From an uncultured Methanosarcinales archaeon (lineage in GTDB: Archaea; Nanobdellota; Nanobdellia; Woesearchaeales; CAYVYK01): a DNA stretch of 64,000 nucleotides. Shown here piece after piece: positions 34,300 to 44,051 of the stretch. Location: NCBI GenBank assembly GCA_964455675.1, contig CAYVYK010000001.1, forward strand, positions 76,463-140,462, read 5' to 3'. How positions within the stretch are numbered: position 1 is the first letter of the stretch; each line of letters opens with the position of its first letter. The position numbers and the translations under genes were made by a program. The notes beneath the pieces are model-generated. The model made no database searches, was not told where the DNA came from, and saw only the letters and a program-made list of their open reading frames with translations.

Positions 34300-35748
34300 T
34301 TAGGAATTCTCCTCCGCGGATACTTCTGCGCCGTTCCATGCGACATCAGCGCGCATCGCTTTGACTTCCCATGTGAATCTCTGAGTGCTTCGAGGATTAT
34401 CAGAGTATACAATGAAGCTTCCGTCCTTGACTTGGATTCCAGTTTGACTTTGGATAGCGAGCCGGTCAAATCCGTCAATATTTGTGAGGATGACAGTTCT
34501 TCCTTCTTTCTGGGTAAGTGCTTCAAAATAATCTGGTAGTTTAATTTCTGTTCGACCGTTCAGGAGTTGTCCTTCACCGCGATAGTACACGCCAGCTTCA
34601 GGTCCTTCGAGCGATGAGTGTAAAAGCCTCATGTTCGGATCAAGCGGATGTGGTATGTCAAAGTTCTTTACAGTTGCAGAGAGTGTTCCTCGGATGATTG
34701 CATTACCGTGGATGTCAACCTTCTCTGTAGGGGCGTTTGTGCCTATACCCACGTTTCCATTATCAAGTAGATGGACACCCTCGCTAACACCAGCATCAAC
34801 ATCGCCATAAAGCGAGAGCCTTCCAAGGCTTTGTGGACCCATCAGGTACCCTTGCAATTCAACGTTGTGAGCGTAGATATCTTCGACTCGTATATTGCCG
34901 GCGACGTCAAGCGGAGCTGCTGGATCTAATCTACCAATGCCGATTCGGCCATTTTTGATGACAAGTCTATGCGCGTTCCCGTCGTATACACTAAACACGC
35001 CGGCTCCAAGTGGATCGCCTGACCCTGTTGAGTAAAGGGAATACTCTTTTCCACCGGTTCCCTGCTGCCATAAGTGTATCATGGCATTCCCAGTTCCTGG
35101 TGCTGTTGCTCGTATTCGCCCGGCAACATCAAGATTGACCGAAGGAGTTGATGTTCCAATTCCTACCATACCTGTAGGAGTTATCGTAAGGTATTCATCC
35201 CCCGACCCAAAGTAGGAACCCTTTCCTATCTTGAACGCGTCGCCAGCAGCATCCATACCAATGAACCATCGTACAGCCCCATCTGAAAATCGCAAAACGG
35301 TGCTCTGCCCCACGCTGTTATCGATATCAACAAGAGTGCCGGGCGCTCCGCTTGAGCTCTTGAATCGTCCAGTGGACGATGCAGTGGTAAGTACATCCAT
35401 GCGATAGTCCGGGCTTGCTGTCCCAATACCAACATCACCGGTGTCTTCAACGGAAAGTCGCGCATTCACCCCGCCCTGTTTGACGGCGAGCACTCCAGCA
35501 TCATCGGCAGTAATATCCCAAGTCATTGGTTTAGCGGGATTCTCAAGCCGAACGGTCGGGTTACCGAATGCCCCGCTGCTTCGTACATGGACGTGCTGCA
35601 ATGGATCATTTGTTCCAATGCCAACTTTTCCCTCGGGAGAAACCCAGTAGTTGTTCACATTCAGTTTGATGCCAAATACGAGTGGTACGTATACAAGCAT
35701 CACCAAAATCACCAATATGCTAAGGATATTATGTTTCATTATGGTCAC
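34300..35748 (-). CDS. Secreted fibre-like protein with G[NKD]VGIGT repeats and a KNFDIPHP...EGPEAGVYYRG C-terminal domain, 482 aa
   Basis: Signal peptide; five VGIGTxxP/IGIG repeats typical of trimeric tail-fibre-like shafts; C-terminal domain of the type that caps such fibres. Confidence 0.75.
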   Translation of the reverse strand: MTIMKHNILSILVILVMLVYVPLVFGIKLNVNNYWVSPEGKVGIGTNDPLQHVHVRSSGAFGNPTVRLENPAKPMTWDITADDAGVLAVKQGGVNARLSVEDTGDVGIGTASPDYRMDVLTTASSTGRFKSSSGAPGTLVDIDNSVGQSTVLRFSDGAVRWFIGMDAAGDAFKIGKGSYFGSGDEYLTITPTGMVGIGTSTPSVNLDVAGRIRATAPGTGNAMIHLWQQGTGGKEYSLYSTGSGDPLGAGVFSVYDGNAHRLVIKNGRIGIGRLDPAAPLDVAGNIRVEDIYAHNVELQGYLMGPQSLGRLSLYGDVDAGVSEGVHLLDNGNVGIGTNAPTEKVDIHGNAIIRGTLSATVKNFDIPHPLDPNMRLLHSSLEGPEAGVYYRGEGQLLNGRTEIKLPDYFEALTQKEGRTVILTNIDGFDRLAIQSQTGIQVKDGSFIVYSDNPRSTQRFTWEVKAMRADVAWNGAEVSAEENS

Positions 35749-35750
35749 CT

Positions 35751-38700
35751 CTAGGGGTTGATCTCTCCGATGAAGCAGAGTACGCCATCATTATTTATCG
35801 AGATGGCTGCATCAGTATCACTATAAACAATCAGGGCGGAATCAGCAGTGTCACACGTCGTTTCATGCCCTTCACATGATCCTTCTTCTGCACAGATGCT
35901 GCCGTCCGGTGCGATGTATGCGATAACTCGTGTTCCTGCATCATTGTATATCGTTAGTGAGTTGGCTGGAGCACTAGAGCAGCCTCCAATTCCTTCGATC
36001 ATGCATGCGGACGTGATAACGTTTCCGCTGTCGTAAAGCGCCACAATGTTGGTGTCAGCGTCGTCTTTGATGAGAACTGCTGTTTCATCAGGTGGCGCGT
36101 CAGGCCTCGGAACCGTGCTATCATCAAGTCGCAGCGAGCCTGTGAGCTGTTGCCAGAGCCCCGCAAGTCCATGGATGCTTCCGGATATTTCATTTCGGGA
36201 GACAATGTGATAATTTCCAGTGACGACATCGCGTGCGCAGTACGCTCCTCCTTGCATAGTCCCGAGTGTTTCATAGATGGTGTCGCAGATAGTGCTTCCT
36301 TCTTCTGGAAATCCAGAGAGTTCCATCATGGTGAATTCTAGGTCTGTTCCTCCTTCAATTTTTGTGGGCTCGTACCGTCGTTCCAGGCTTGCGTACATAT
36401 GGAGTGGTCCTTTGCTTGCCATGTAGTACATATCTCCTCCACGGCTTTGCTCGATGAATGCAATATCTTGCTCCCATGATGAGGGAAGCTCGCTCTCAAT
36501 GATGGATATGATCTTTTCAACAATTTGGTAGATGAAGTTAATAAGCCATTCTATCATGAGGCTGATGAGGTTTTGGTCCGTGACTTCTGGTATTGGCTCG
36601 TCATTTTCCCATGCAAAAATGATCGTATTCATGCGTGGATTGAGCCATACGCCTCGTTCGCTCTGCTCAGGCCAGGAGCATTCATGATAGCCCTCCTCAT
36701 TTTGCTCGATAACATCCTTGCATGCCATGAGGCTTTTGTAGTGGTTGACAGGATCAAGGAAGAGTCCGAGCGATCGTAGTATTCCAACATCGTCGCTTTC
36801 AGGGACGGTTTGGTTTCCCAGATTGGGACGGCTATTGAGAGCGATACCCACGTAGACCTCTTTTGGATTTGATCCTCGCCGAATAACGCATACTTTCTCG
36901 ACAGCTCGTAAGCCAGCGATGTGGGTATCATCTTCCAGATCATGCGCAGGTCTTAGGTATGAGTCTACCGTCGTGGACCACATGGGTAGTCCTCCGACGA
37001 CATAGTTGTACATGTTAACGGCATCTGAAAGATCGCTGCAGTACAGTGTATAATCGTGCGAGAAGAGTCCTCCTGCTTCTGTTTCTCCGATCACGCGCAG
37101 CATTGCCATGCCGAGGTCTCTGTTTCGACTTGCCCAGTCGCCGACACCGCTCGCGTTTACGCTGCAGATATAGTCCCCCCAAAAGAATCCGGGTTCCACA
37201 CACGTGAGCGGCGGTGATGGAAGCAGTGGATTTCCAAACAGGCACTGATCTTTCTGGGGGCAATACCCCCATGCGATATGGCGCGGAGCGTATTTTGGTT
37301 CTGCCTGCACCCATTCTGCGACTCCACCGCTCCCGATTCTGCATCGATATCCTGGTGCGGATCCTCGTGATGGTTCATTGGGATCATCAAAGTCTGAGGC
37401 AGGCACACATTCCCCGCTGCTGCCGGCCCCTCCGTCCCAGCACGCCTCAGCTGGGCAGCATTCTGCCTGAAGTCTTCCAGGTGGCATATCCCATTCTGTG
37501 TAACCAAGATGAAGTTGGTCTGTTGCATCTGCTCCAACGTCAGCAAGCGGTCTCCATACTTCAGCGTAGGAGCAGAACCGGTCCGTATGTTTTTCGCAGT
37601 ATGCGTTGTCATCGATGACCCAGGATGAGAGGAAGGACATGGTGTTTTTTCCGCCATGGGCGTCGGGATTGTCAGGGAATCCATAAGGGAATAACGGTGA
37701 TGGAGCGAGGAGGAAGTCGTTTGATGCTGGATGGTTGGGATCGACAGTCATGATCGATGATGGTGGGTTGCCGTTGTATGGTTTTCCTCGAAGTTCCGAG
37801 CTCCTCCATCCTGGTGTATATTCGACGCCGCTATTGTCAGGAACGAGAGTTCCGGTGGTGTCGATGGCGCATCCTTCAAACGTTCCTGTGGGCGAGATGA
37901 TTACTTCATAAAACAATGTCTGGATGCCGCTTCCGTCGTGATCAAACCGAAGGAACTGTGGTGTTCCCGTGCTTCGTTGCTGGTACGTACTCTTGAAGCA
38001 CGCTCCTGATGTATCGCCGTTGTAGCTCTCGTATCCTATGTTGCGTGAATCTTCTTGTTCGCCGCAGCACTGCCCGCCTGCGTAATGGAGTCCTGCGAGT
38101 TGACAGTCTGATTGGCTAGTGTCAAGATCCGTGCTGAATTGGTGGTTGCCCTTGCAGTAGTACCAGAGTGGCTCTGCCGCGCCATCATTTGCTATCGCGT
38201 GCCCTCCCGAAGTAAGATGATCTGCATGTGCGCCAGGAGTTTTGCAGAACGCAGGGGAGTCGCCGCAGCATTCTGCGATATGAGTTTTATCGCTGGCCGC
38301 GCGATTGGTATCATACGAGCAGAGCATACCATTGCCGCCGACGATGTTAGGATTCGGTGTGTCAACACCATACTTCTTGAACGCTCTGGTTTCAGCGCCG
38401 CTGTTGATCGTAAATAGCGGAATCGGGGGCGCTGGAGTAAATAAGGATCCTGTTCCGCAATAGACCGCTTGAGGATAGCTGTCCGCGACGGTGATGCTCG
38501 TTCCGGCATTCGCGAGGCAGTTTGGCTTCCATACGTCGCCAATGCCGGTGGTGGTTTTCCATCCCCATGCTGGCGTGTCTGCACAAATTTTTGTCCCGTC
38601 TTGAAATACGTTGCCGCAGTCAAGGAATGCGCTGTCAATGGGTGTGGTGACATCGTCGCCGCAGCACGCTCCGCCCGCGGAGTCCATGACAGGGGAGTAT

Positions 38701-39704
38701 GACCAATATCTTTTTTGGACAAGGTTTGGTGGCGCTCCTGTTGGTTGATTGTCTTCTTTGAAGCAGTACGCGCATGCGTTCTCTCCCATGTCAGGATCAT
38801 CGTTGGCGTCCGGGCCGCAGCAGTTTCCTCCTCGGGATGCGACTCCCCAGTTGTCCCAGGTGTTGGGTTTTGATGGATCAATGCCTGAACAACCGAGTGC
38901 GTTGCAGATGAGTTTGCTGTGATCCCAGTTCATGTCAAGGACAAAGTGGATGGACCTTGGTTCTCCTGCTGGATAGATTCCTGGAGCGCCGGCAACAGTG
39001 ACCGTGATGTCATGGACGCCTTTATTTTGGCAGATCGCGCTCGGGATGAGTCGGTAGAGCATCGTGCTTTCTGCTCGTGAATGAGTGTCTTCTCCAGGTG
39101 GAGGACTTGCTTGCGAGAGATATCGTTCAGTTCCAAAGCATGCGGGATTTGTGGGAGGCATTGTGGATACCCTGCTGAAGAGATTGCTTCTGACGTGGTC
39201 ACGGTTCGCGCATATGACGCCGAGGGCAAGATTGCAGTTGTCATAGAAGAGTGTTGGGTTGCCCGCATGAAAATAGGAACACATGTCCGTCCATCCTGCA
39301 GGGGTACTTGCGGGTAGTGAGTCAATTGTTCCCGAGAAGAGGTTTGGAACAATGCTACCATCCGGAAGCGTTGTTTGGGATGTAATCGTAAGTGTGTGGT
39401 CTTGGGGCGCCGGGTCCTGTCCGCTGACGAGATCTTCAGACCTGAAATAAATGTAGAGGTATGGTGAAACGCCTGATGATGAGTCTCCAAACTCAGTGTA
39501 CACCCCAGCCCATCCCGCTGCGTCTGCTGCACCGCCAATATCTGCGTATGTGTTCCCAGCGGATGGATTTAGGCCGTATTGGTAATTGACAACTTTTACT
39601 TCATACTGTGAACCAGGAGCGCATCCTTGGAGAAACATGAGAAAGAAGACTAGTAGTACACCTATGAGACTTACAAGTACCCTAATCCCTCTTCTATTTC
39701 GCAT
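35751..39704 (-). CDS. Large lipoprotein, Cys-patterned protein, paralog 2 of 3, 1317 aa, with an extra C-terminal domain
   Basis: Lipobox-like MFLQG|C; GGNCCGPDANDDPDMGENAC, CCGDD, CCGE, FCSYAEVW, AECC; extra tail of about 110 aa with repeated (I/V)xND.G..(V/I)A.I..DG..C units. Confidence 0.85.
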   Translation of the reverse strand: MRNRRGIRVLVSLIGVLLVFFLMFLQGCAPGSQYEVKVVNYQYGLNPSAGNTYADIGGAADAAGWAGVYTEFGDSSSGVSPYLYIYFRSEDLVSGQDPAPQDHTLTITSQTTLPDGSIVPNLFSGTIDSLPASTPAGWTDMCSYFHAGNPTLFYDNCNLALGVICANRDHVRSNLFSRVSTMPPTNPACFGTERYLSQASPPPGEDTHSRAESTMLYRLIPSAICQNKGVHDITVTVAGAPGIYPAGEPRSIHFVLDMNWDHSKLICNALGCSGIDPSKPNTWDNWGVASRGGNCCGPDANDDPDMGENACAYCFKEDNQPTGAPPNLVQKRYWSYSPVMDSAGGACCGDDVTTPIDSAFLDCGNVFQDGTKICADTPAWGWKTTTGIGDVWKPNCLANAGTSITVADSYPQAVYCGTGSLFTPAPPIPLFTINSGAETRAFKKYGVDTPNPNIVGGNGMLCSYDTNRAASDKTHIAECCGDSPAFCKTPGAHADHLTSGGHAIANDGAAEPLWYYCKGNHQFSTDLDTSQSDCQLAGLHYAGGQCCGEQEDSRNIGYESYNGDTSGACFKSTYQQRSTGTPQFLRFDHDGSGIQTLFYEVIISPTGTFEGCAIDTTGTLVPDNSGVEYTPGWRSSELRGKPYNGNPPSSIMTVDPNHPASNDFLLAPSPLFPYGFPDNPDAHGGKNTMSFLSSWVIDDNAYCEKHTDRFCSYAEVWRPLADVGADATDQLHLGYTEWDMPPGRLQAECCPAEACWDGGAGSSGECVPASDFDDPNEPSRGSAPGYRCRIGSGGVAEWVQAEPKYAPRHIAWGYCPQKDQCLFGNPLLPSPPLTCVEPGFFWGDYICSVNASGVGDWASRNRDLGMAMLRVIGETEAGGLFSHDYTLYCSDLSDAVNMYNYVVGGLPMWSTTVDSYLRPAHDLEDDTHIAGLRAVEKVCVIRRGSNPKEVYVGIALNSRPNLGNQTVPESDDVGILRSLGLFLDPVNHYKSLMACKDVIEQNEEGYHECSWPEQSERGVWLNPRMNTIIFAWENDEPIPEVTDQNLISLMIEWLINFIYQIVEKIISIIESELPSSWEQDIAFIEQSRGGDMYYMASKGPLHMYASLERRYEPTKIEGGTDLEFTMMELSGFPEEGSTICDTIYETLGTMQGGAYCARDVVTGNYHIVSRNEISGSIHGLAGLWQQLTGSLRLDDSTVPRPDAPPDETAVLIKDDADTNIVALYDSGNVITSACMIEGIGGCSSAPANSLTIYNDAGTRVIAYIAPDGSICAEEGSCEGHETTCDTADSALIVYSDTDAAISINNDGVLCFIGEINP

Positions 39705-39730
39705 GTATGCATAAACCCCAGGTTTCGAGG

Positions 39731-39745
39731 TTTATAAAGGTTTTG
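39731..39745 (-). promoter_or_regulatory. BRE/TATA promoter of the 1317-aa gene
   Basis: The minus strand reads CAAAACCTTTATAAA, ending 27 nt upstream of the ATG at 39704. Confidence 0.6.
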
Positions 39746-39750
39746 AGAAT

Positions 39751-42700
39751 TTACTGTACGCGTAGCTCCTGAGTGAGTTGCTTCCAGTCCGAGAAGATTC
39801 CTACATCCGGATTTGTCTCGGCTCCACTATTTTCTTCTGAGTAAATGAGATAGTAATCGCCAAATGATGTGCAATCGTAGTTTGCACCGCTGCTGGCTAG
39901 CCACTTGTCTGTTGTTCCGCACACATCACTCACGCGAGAATCTGCTTTGTTTGAGTAGTTGAGGTAGAGGTAGTGTTTGCGCTGCCCTGGTGCTCCTTCG
40001 CCGAGATGTTGTGCAGGCTCGGGGTAATAGGTTTGTATCATTCCTTCGATAGTGCGCATATCCTCTCGGATGAGATACACCGTATCGAACACTTTGTTCT
40101 GTTCGATCATTTGGAGGGAGTCCGCGATAAATGGTGTTGATGTTCCCATCACGAGCTGGAATATTCTTGCGAAGAACTTGAGGATATGGCTGATGACGGT
40201 TTGGTACCATGATCCTTGGAATGAGAATGAGCCTGTACTGTAGACGATCGCCCGCTGGTCAACATTGAGTGAAAGATATGCCTGATTGTTGCTTCTGCAG
40301 TCGAGGAATTGCTGATCTCCTGGTGCTTCTCCTGCTGCGACTTGGTTCTGGCAGTCGGTACTGCGTCCATTAAAGAGACCGAGCATCTTGAGTGATCCTG
40401 GTGTTCCGCTTTCAAAATTCTTGTTGATTGTTGTTCCAATGATTGGCGCGTGGTTTCCGTATTCAAGCACGCAGAACTTGTTCGTGCATGGCACTTTTGG
40501 CGTCGGTGTTCCTGCTCCGTCCACGAACCGATAGCTTCCGCTCGTTTCTTTGTATCCAAACTGGAGTGGACAGATTGTGCTTGTATATCCAGGAACAAGT
40601 CCATCGCCTCCAACGGGGATACTGAGGATTTCGTAATCATAATAGGTCATGATGTCGCTGTAGGAATCACAGATCAAGCTAAATTCAGTCTGCGCGGTGC
40701 TGTGATCATTCACATACGTAAGCATGGAATCCGCAAGGACTTTGGTTCGTGTTGTCCAGTTTGCAAATGGCGCTCCTGTTTTGTACTGGCAGTAATAGTC
40801 TCCGACATATGTGCCAGCTGGCACGCAAATAGGATTGGCTTCATTTCCTGCTTCGCCGCTCGGATTCCAAAGGCACATCGTGTTGTCATGGCAGTATCCT
40901 GTTTTTCTCCTGTCAGGAGTGTATCGCACCTTAGCTTGGAGCCACTGTCCGTCGTAACAGCGCCATCCATCATCATCGCCTCCGGCTGCAGAATCCGTCT
41001 CAAGGTTATAGAAGAATTGGTTTTCACAGATGGTTCCATTCCAGCATTGTGTAGGCTTGCAGCATTCCGCACGCTGCACCCATGATCCTGTTGGTTGTGG
41101 TGTCCATCGAATATAGCTTAAGTGGCTTCGCTCATCAGAGTGTGGATCAACTGCCCACGTTTCGTTGTAGCTGCAAAAGACGTCTCTGTCAGGAAGTTCG
41201 AGGTACCTGCAGTACACAGAATCGTTAATCGCAACGGTATCGAGCACAACTTTGTTTGGCGCATCCGGATATCCCATGAGCCAATCGTTTGAGTAGCTTG
41301 GGATTGTCTTTCGCATTCCTTCCTCATACGGCCTGTGTGGATCTGCATAGGTTGGCTCAAATTCTGGATTGTCAGCCATATCAACGCCATCGTTAACATC
41401 ATCATCTTGATCTACTGCACATCCTTGCATTACTCCGTTGTGAACGACGACTCCTTTGTGGTAAACCCATGATCCTGAGGTGGATTCAACGAGAAGCCTT
41501 CCGTTCAACTGCCGGTATCCTCCAAAGCACGCGCCAAGTGTTGGTGTAGTACTTCCGCCTCCGCCAGGTGGCGTGCCTCCGCCGCTTCCACCACCCTCAG
41601 GTGGTTCGCCGTCACCCGGTGAATAGTCGGGTGGTGGGCCGCTAGGTCCTCCGCCTGATGGAGGCTCTCCTGGAGTCTGGCCTCCGCTTGCCTGTGGAGG
41701 ATCATTGTATACTTCAAATGGATCGTCATGTTCTCCGCAGCAATAGTTGCCTGTCCACACAATCCAGTCGCCATTCCATGATCCTGCGACGAGTTTCTGC
41801 GCCGCGTCACAGTCTGTTTGGAGTTTGTTATCAAGGTCCATGCTGAATTCTGTTTCTGCTCCTTCCCCTGTGCAGTAGAAGTAGTGGCCGTCTGTTCCAG
41901 TCTTTCCCATTTGCACAGCCACTTGCCCTTGGGATAACCGTTCGCCTGCGGCGTCATCTCCATCATCGGATCGTGGAGTTCCGGTTCCCGTGCATTCTGA
42001 GATAATCATCCGTTCGGGTGACTCCTCTTCTCCATCATCTCCGATCACAGCGGCTCGTCGATAGCAGAGGTATCCATGATAAGGTGTGTTGTAGGTGATC
42101 TGGAATGGATTTGGAACTGGATCATCATAGAGTGATATTCCGCTTCCTGGTGGCCATACGGGATTTCCAATGTCAGCCACGACGTTTGTTCCGAAGAACG
42201 ATCCGCGGAATGTGTGCGACCTATTGCCTCCTCTCTTGTACCAGAGCGGATCATTTGAGCTTGCTGGTGGCTTGCCGAGTGTGTCTATCTGGAAGTTGCT
42301 GCCCATGTAGCAGCCTATGACACGATCTCCCGCAAGCAGGACTTCGTTGTCCTGGCATCCGAGATTCTTTATTGCGCCGACAAGCATGGGCTCATCATTT
42401 TCATCATCATAACCTACCCAGGCGTAGTTTGTCGCTGTTGTCTTCATGCACACGCTGCTGTTGTCAGTGCTCACTGCTCCGCAGTCGTACGAGTCGTCTC
42501 CGCAGCACCGGTTCGACGTTCGAATCATGAGCGGTGTGTCGGCTGGTGTTTCTCTGCAGAGGAATTTCCACTGATCTCCGAACCTGCTGATATAGGCGGC
42601 ATCGTTGCAGATTGTGTACATAGGATTGTCAAAGACGTGCTCAACGCCGGTGTCACTCCACATGCGTTTGGTGCCTTCAAATTGATATCCATCATATGTA

Positions 42701-43968
42701 GGTTGGTGTTCTCCTGATAGGCAGTGCGTGCACGCGAGTGGTCCCATGTCTGGATCGTCCCAGAAGTTATTGATCGTGCTGACGATTTGCGCGTTGTCAT
42801 CGTTCGTCTGAAGCTCATTGATGAATTGGATGAAGGACTCCGCAATTTCTGATTTATCGACGGTGATATATTCCTCATACTGATCCATGCTTTCGTCAAT
42901 CTGGTCGAGGAGTTCTTGAAGCCCTGATCCGCCGATGCCTCCCTTTATTCTGTCGACACCGCAGCATTTTCCTCCTAGAGCATAGTCTGCGTTCTCGTCC
43001 CACACAGGGATTATTGTTCCAATGTCCTCTGCAGCATCCTCGCCGATTTGCTGGGCGATGACGTCCGTTCTTCCCGCTCTGCAGAAATACTCGTTGTGGT
43101 CCCGGTTGATGTAGAGTTCTCGAGTAATGGCGCTCTCCTGGCTAGTGTGTTGATCGCCCGTTTCCGTGTCACCATCATAGTTGACCGCTGTCTTGATCCC
43201 AGAATCCCATGTGCTCATGATGTGTTTGCCTTTCGTCCCAAGCACGGCTGGGTGGAGGAGGTTCAGAAGGTACATGTTTGTGTTGTACTTTCCTGGCGCC
43301 CCGCTCTGCAGTATTGCGATGATGCTGCACATCAGATTTGCGGAGAACTCATTCTGGATTGGTCCTTCCCTTGAGAGCATTGTGGTCCCGCCCTCAGAGA
43401 AATCGCTTCCTTCATAGGCGAACCCACAGTTATTCTTGAATGCAAAATTCCCGTCGGTAATTTCAAGGATGTTGTGGTCAAAATTAAGTTCCGCCGGGAG
43501 CTGTATCTCTCCTGTGGGCATGTAGGAGATAGAAGCATAAAACACAGGGTATGCGATGTCAAGGTAATAGCGGAATGGGTAATTGGTCAGGTTTGGCTCA
43601 TAATGGCTTCCGATGTAGAGGAGATTGACGTCTGATTCGGCTCCCTCGTTTGCGGGGATGTACCATGATCGGTAGAACAGACGGTAGCTTTCGGGATTAT
43701 CCGGATCGGCCACTGCCCAATCCCGAAAGTCAGTTCCTTCGCTGAATGTGCTTCCGGTTCGGAAGTCTTCAACAGGATTCATCTGGTTGTCAATGATATC
43801 AACGACAAATCCTCCGTTGTCGATATACCCAGGGAGCTCAGTGACTGTGAGGAGTGATTCCCATTCTTCTCCGCATCCACTCGCGAATAGGACCAAGAGA
43901 ATAAGTGCACAAGAGATCTCTTTGTGCTGATTGATGCGTCTTACTACTTCACCTATCCTGTTGTACAT
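39751..43968 (-). CDS. Large lipoprotein, Cys-patterned protein, paralog 3 of 3, 1405 aa
   Basis: Lipobox-like LFASG|C; GGKCCG...DDPDMGPLAC, CCGDD, YCCGE, FCSYNETW, AECC, WTTRTK; Pro/Gly low-complexity insert. Confidence 0.85.
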   Translation of the reverse strand: MYNRIGEVVRRINQHKEISCALILLVLFASGCGEEWESLLTVTELPGYIDNGGFVVDIIDNQMNPVEDFRTGSTFSEGTDFRDWAVADPDNPESYRLFYRSWYIPANEGAESDVNLLYIGSHYEPNLTNYPFRYYLDIAYPVFYASISYMPTGEIQLPAELNFDHNILEITDGNFAFKNNCGFAYEGSDFSEGGTTMLSREGPIQNEFSANLMCSIIAILQSGAPGKYNTNMYLLNLLHPAVLGTKGKHIMSTWDSGIKTAVNYDGDTETGDQHTSQESAITRELYINRDHNEYFCRAGRTDVIAQQIGEDAAEDIGTIIPVWDENADYALGGKCCGVDRIKGGIGGSGLQELLDQIDESMDQYEEYITVDKSEIAESFIQFINELQTNDDNAQIVSTINNFWDDPDMGPLACTHCLSGEHQPTYDGYQFEGTKRMWSDTGVEHVFDNPMYTICNDAAYISRFGDQWKFLCRETPADTPLMIRTSNRCCGDDSYDCGAVSTDNSSVCMKTTATNYAWVGYDDENDEPMLVGAIKNLGCQDNEVLLAGDRVIGCYMGSNFQIDTLGKPPASSNDPLWYKRGGNRSHTFRGSFFGTNVVADIGNPVWPPGSGISLYDDPVPNPFQITYNTPYHGYLCYRRAAVIGDDGEEESPERMIISECTGTGTPRSDDGDDAAGERLSQGQVAVQMGKTGTDGHYFYCTGEGAETEFSMDLDNKLQTDCDAAQKLVAGSWNGDWIVWTGNYCCGEHDDPFEVYNDPPQASGGQTPGEPPSGGGPSGPPPDYSPGDGEPPEGGGSGGGTPPGGGGSTTPTLGACFGGYRQLNGRLLVESTSGSWVYHKGVVVHNGVMQGCAVDQDDDVNDGVDMADNPEFEPTYADPHRPYEEGMRKTIPSYSNDWLMGYPDAPNKVVLDTVAINDSVYCRYLELPDRDVFCSYNETWAVDPHSDERSHLSYIRWTPQPTGSWVQRAECCKPTQCWNGTICENQFFYNLETDSAAGGDDDGWRCYDGQWLQAKVRYTPDRRKTGYCHDNTMCLWNPSGEAGNEANPICVPAGTYVGDYYCQYKTGAPFANWTTRTKVLADSMLTYVNDHSTAQTEFSLICDSYSDIMTYYDYEILSIPVGGDGLVPGYTSTICPLQFGYKETSGSYRFVDGAGTPTPKVPCTNKFCVLEYGNHAPIIGTTINKNFESGTPGSLKMLGLFNGRSTDCQNQVAAGEAPGDQQFLDCRSNNQAYLSLNVDQRAIVYSTGSFSFQGSWYQTVISHILKFFARIFQLVMGTSTPFIADSLQMIEQNKVFDTVYLIREDMRTIEGMIQTYYPEPAQHLGEGAPGQRKHYLYLNYSNKADSRVSDVCGTTDKWLASSGANYDCTSFGDYYLIYSEENSGAETNPDVGIFSDWKQLTQELRVQ

Positions 43969-44020
43969 TACGCTTCCTCGATAAGTCTTCCTAACAGGTC
44001 ACGCTCTTTTTTGGAAACCG

Positions 44021-44032
44021 GATTTATAAATC
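44021..44032 (-). promoter_or_regulatory. TATA box (palindromic GATTTATAAATC) upstream of the 1405-aa gene
   Basis: TTTATAAA at 44023-44030, about 55 nt upstream of the ATG. Confidence 0.5.
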
Positions 44033-44051
44033 TTGCTAAATACTTTCGTCG

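Noticed and set aside
34300-35748. Provirus interpretation of the fibre-like gene
   Set aside because: It has a Sec signal, is operonic with cellular surface genes, and no viral hallmark genes are nearby.
30646-43968. Diversity-generating retroelement TR/VR pairs among the paralogs
   Set aside because: Similarity is ordinary protein paralogy without A-specific mismatches, and no reverse transcriptase lies in the window.
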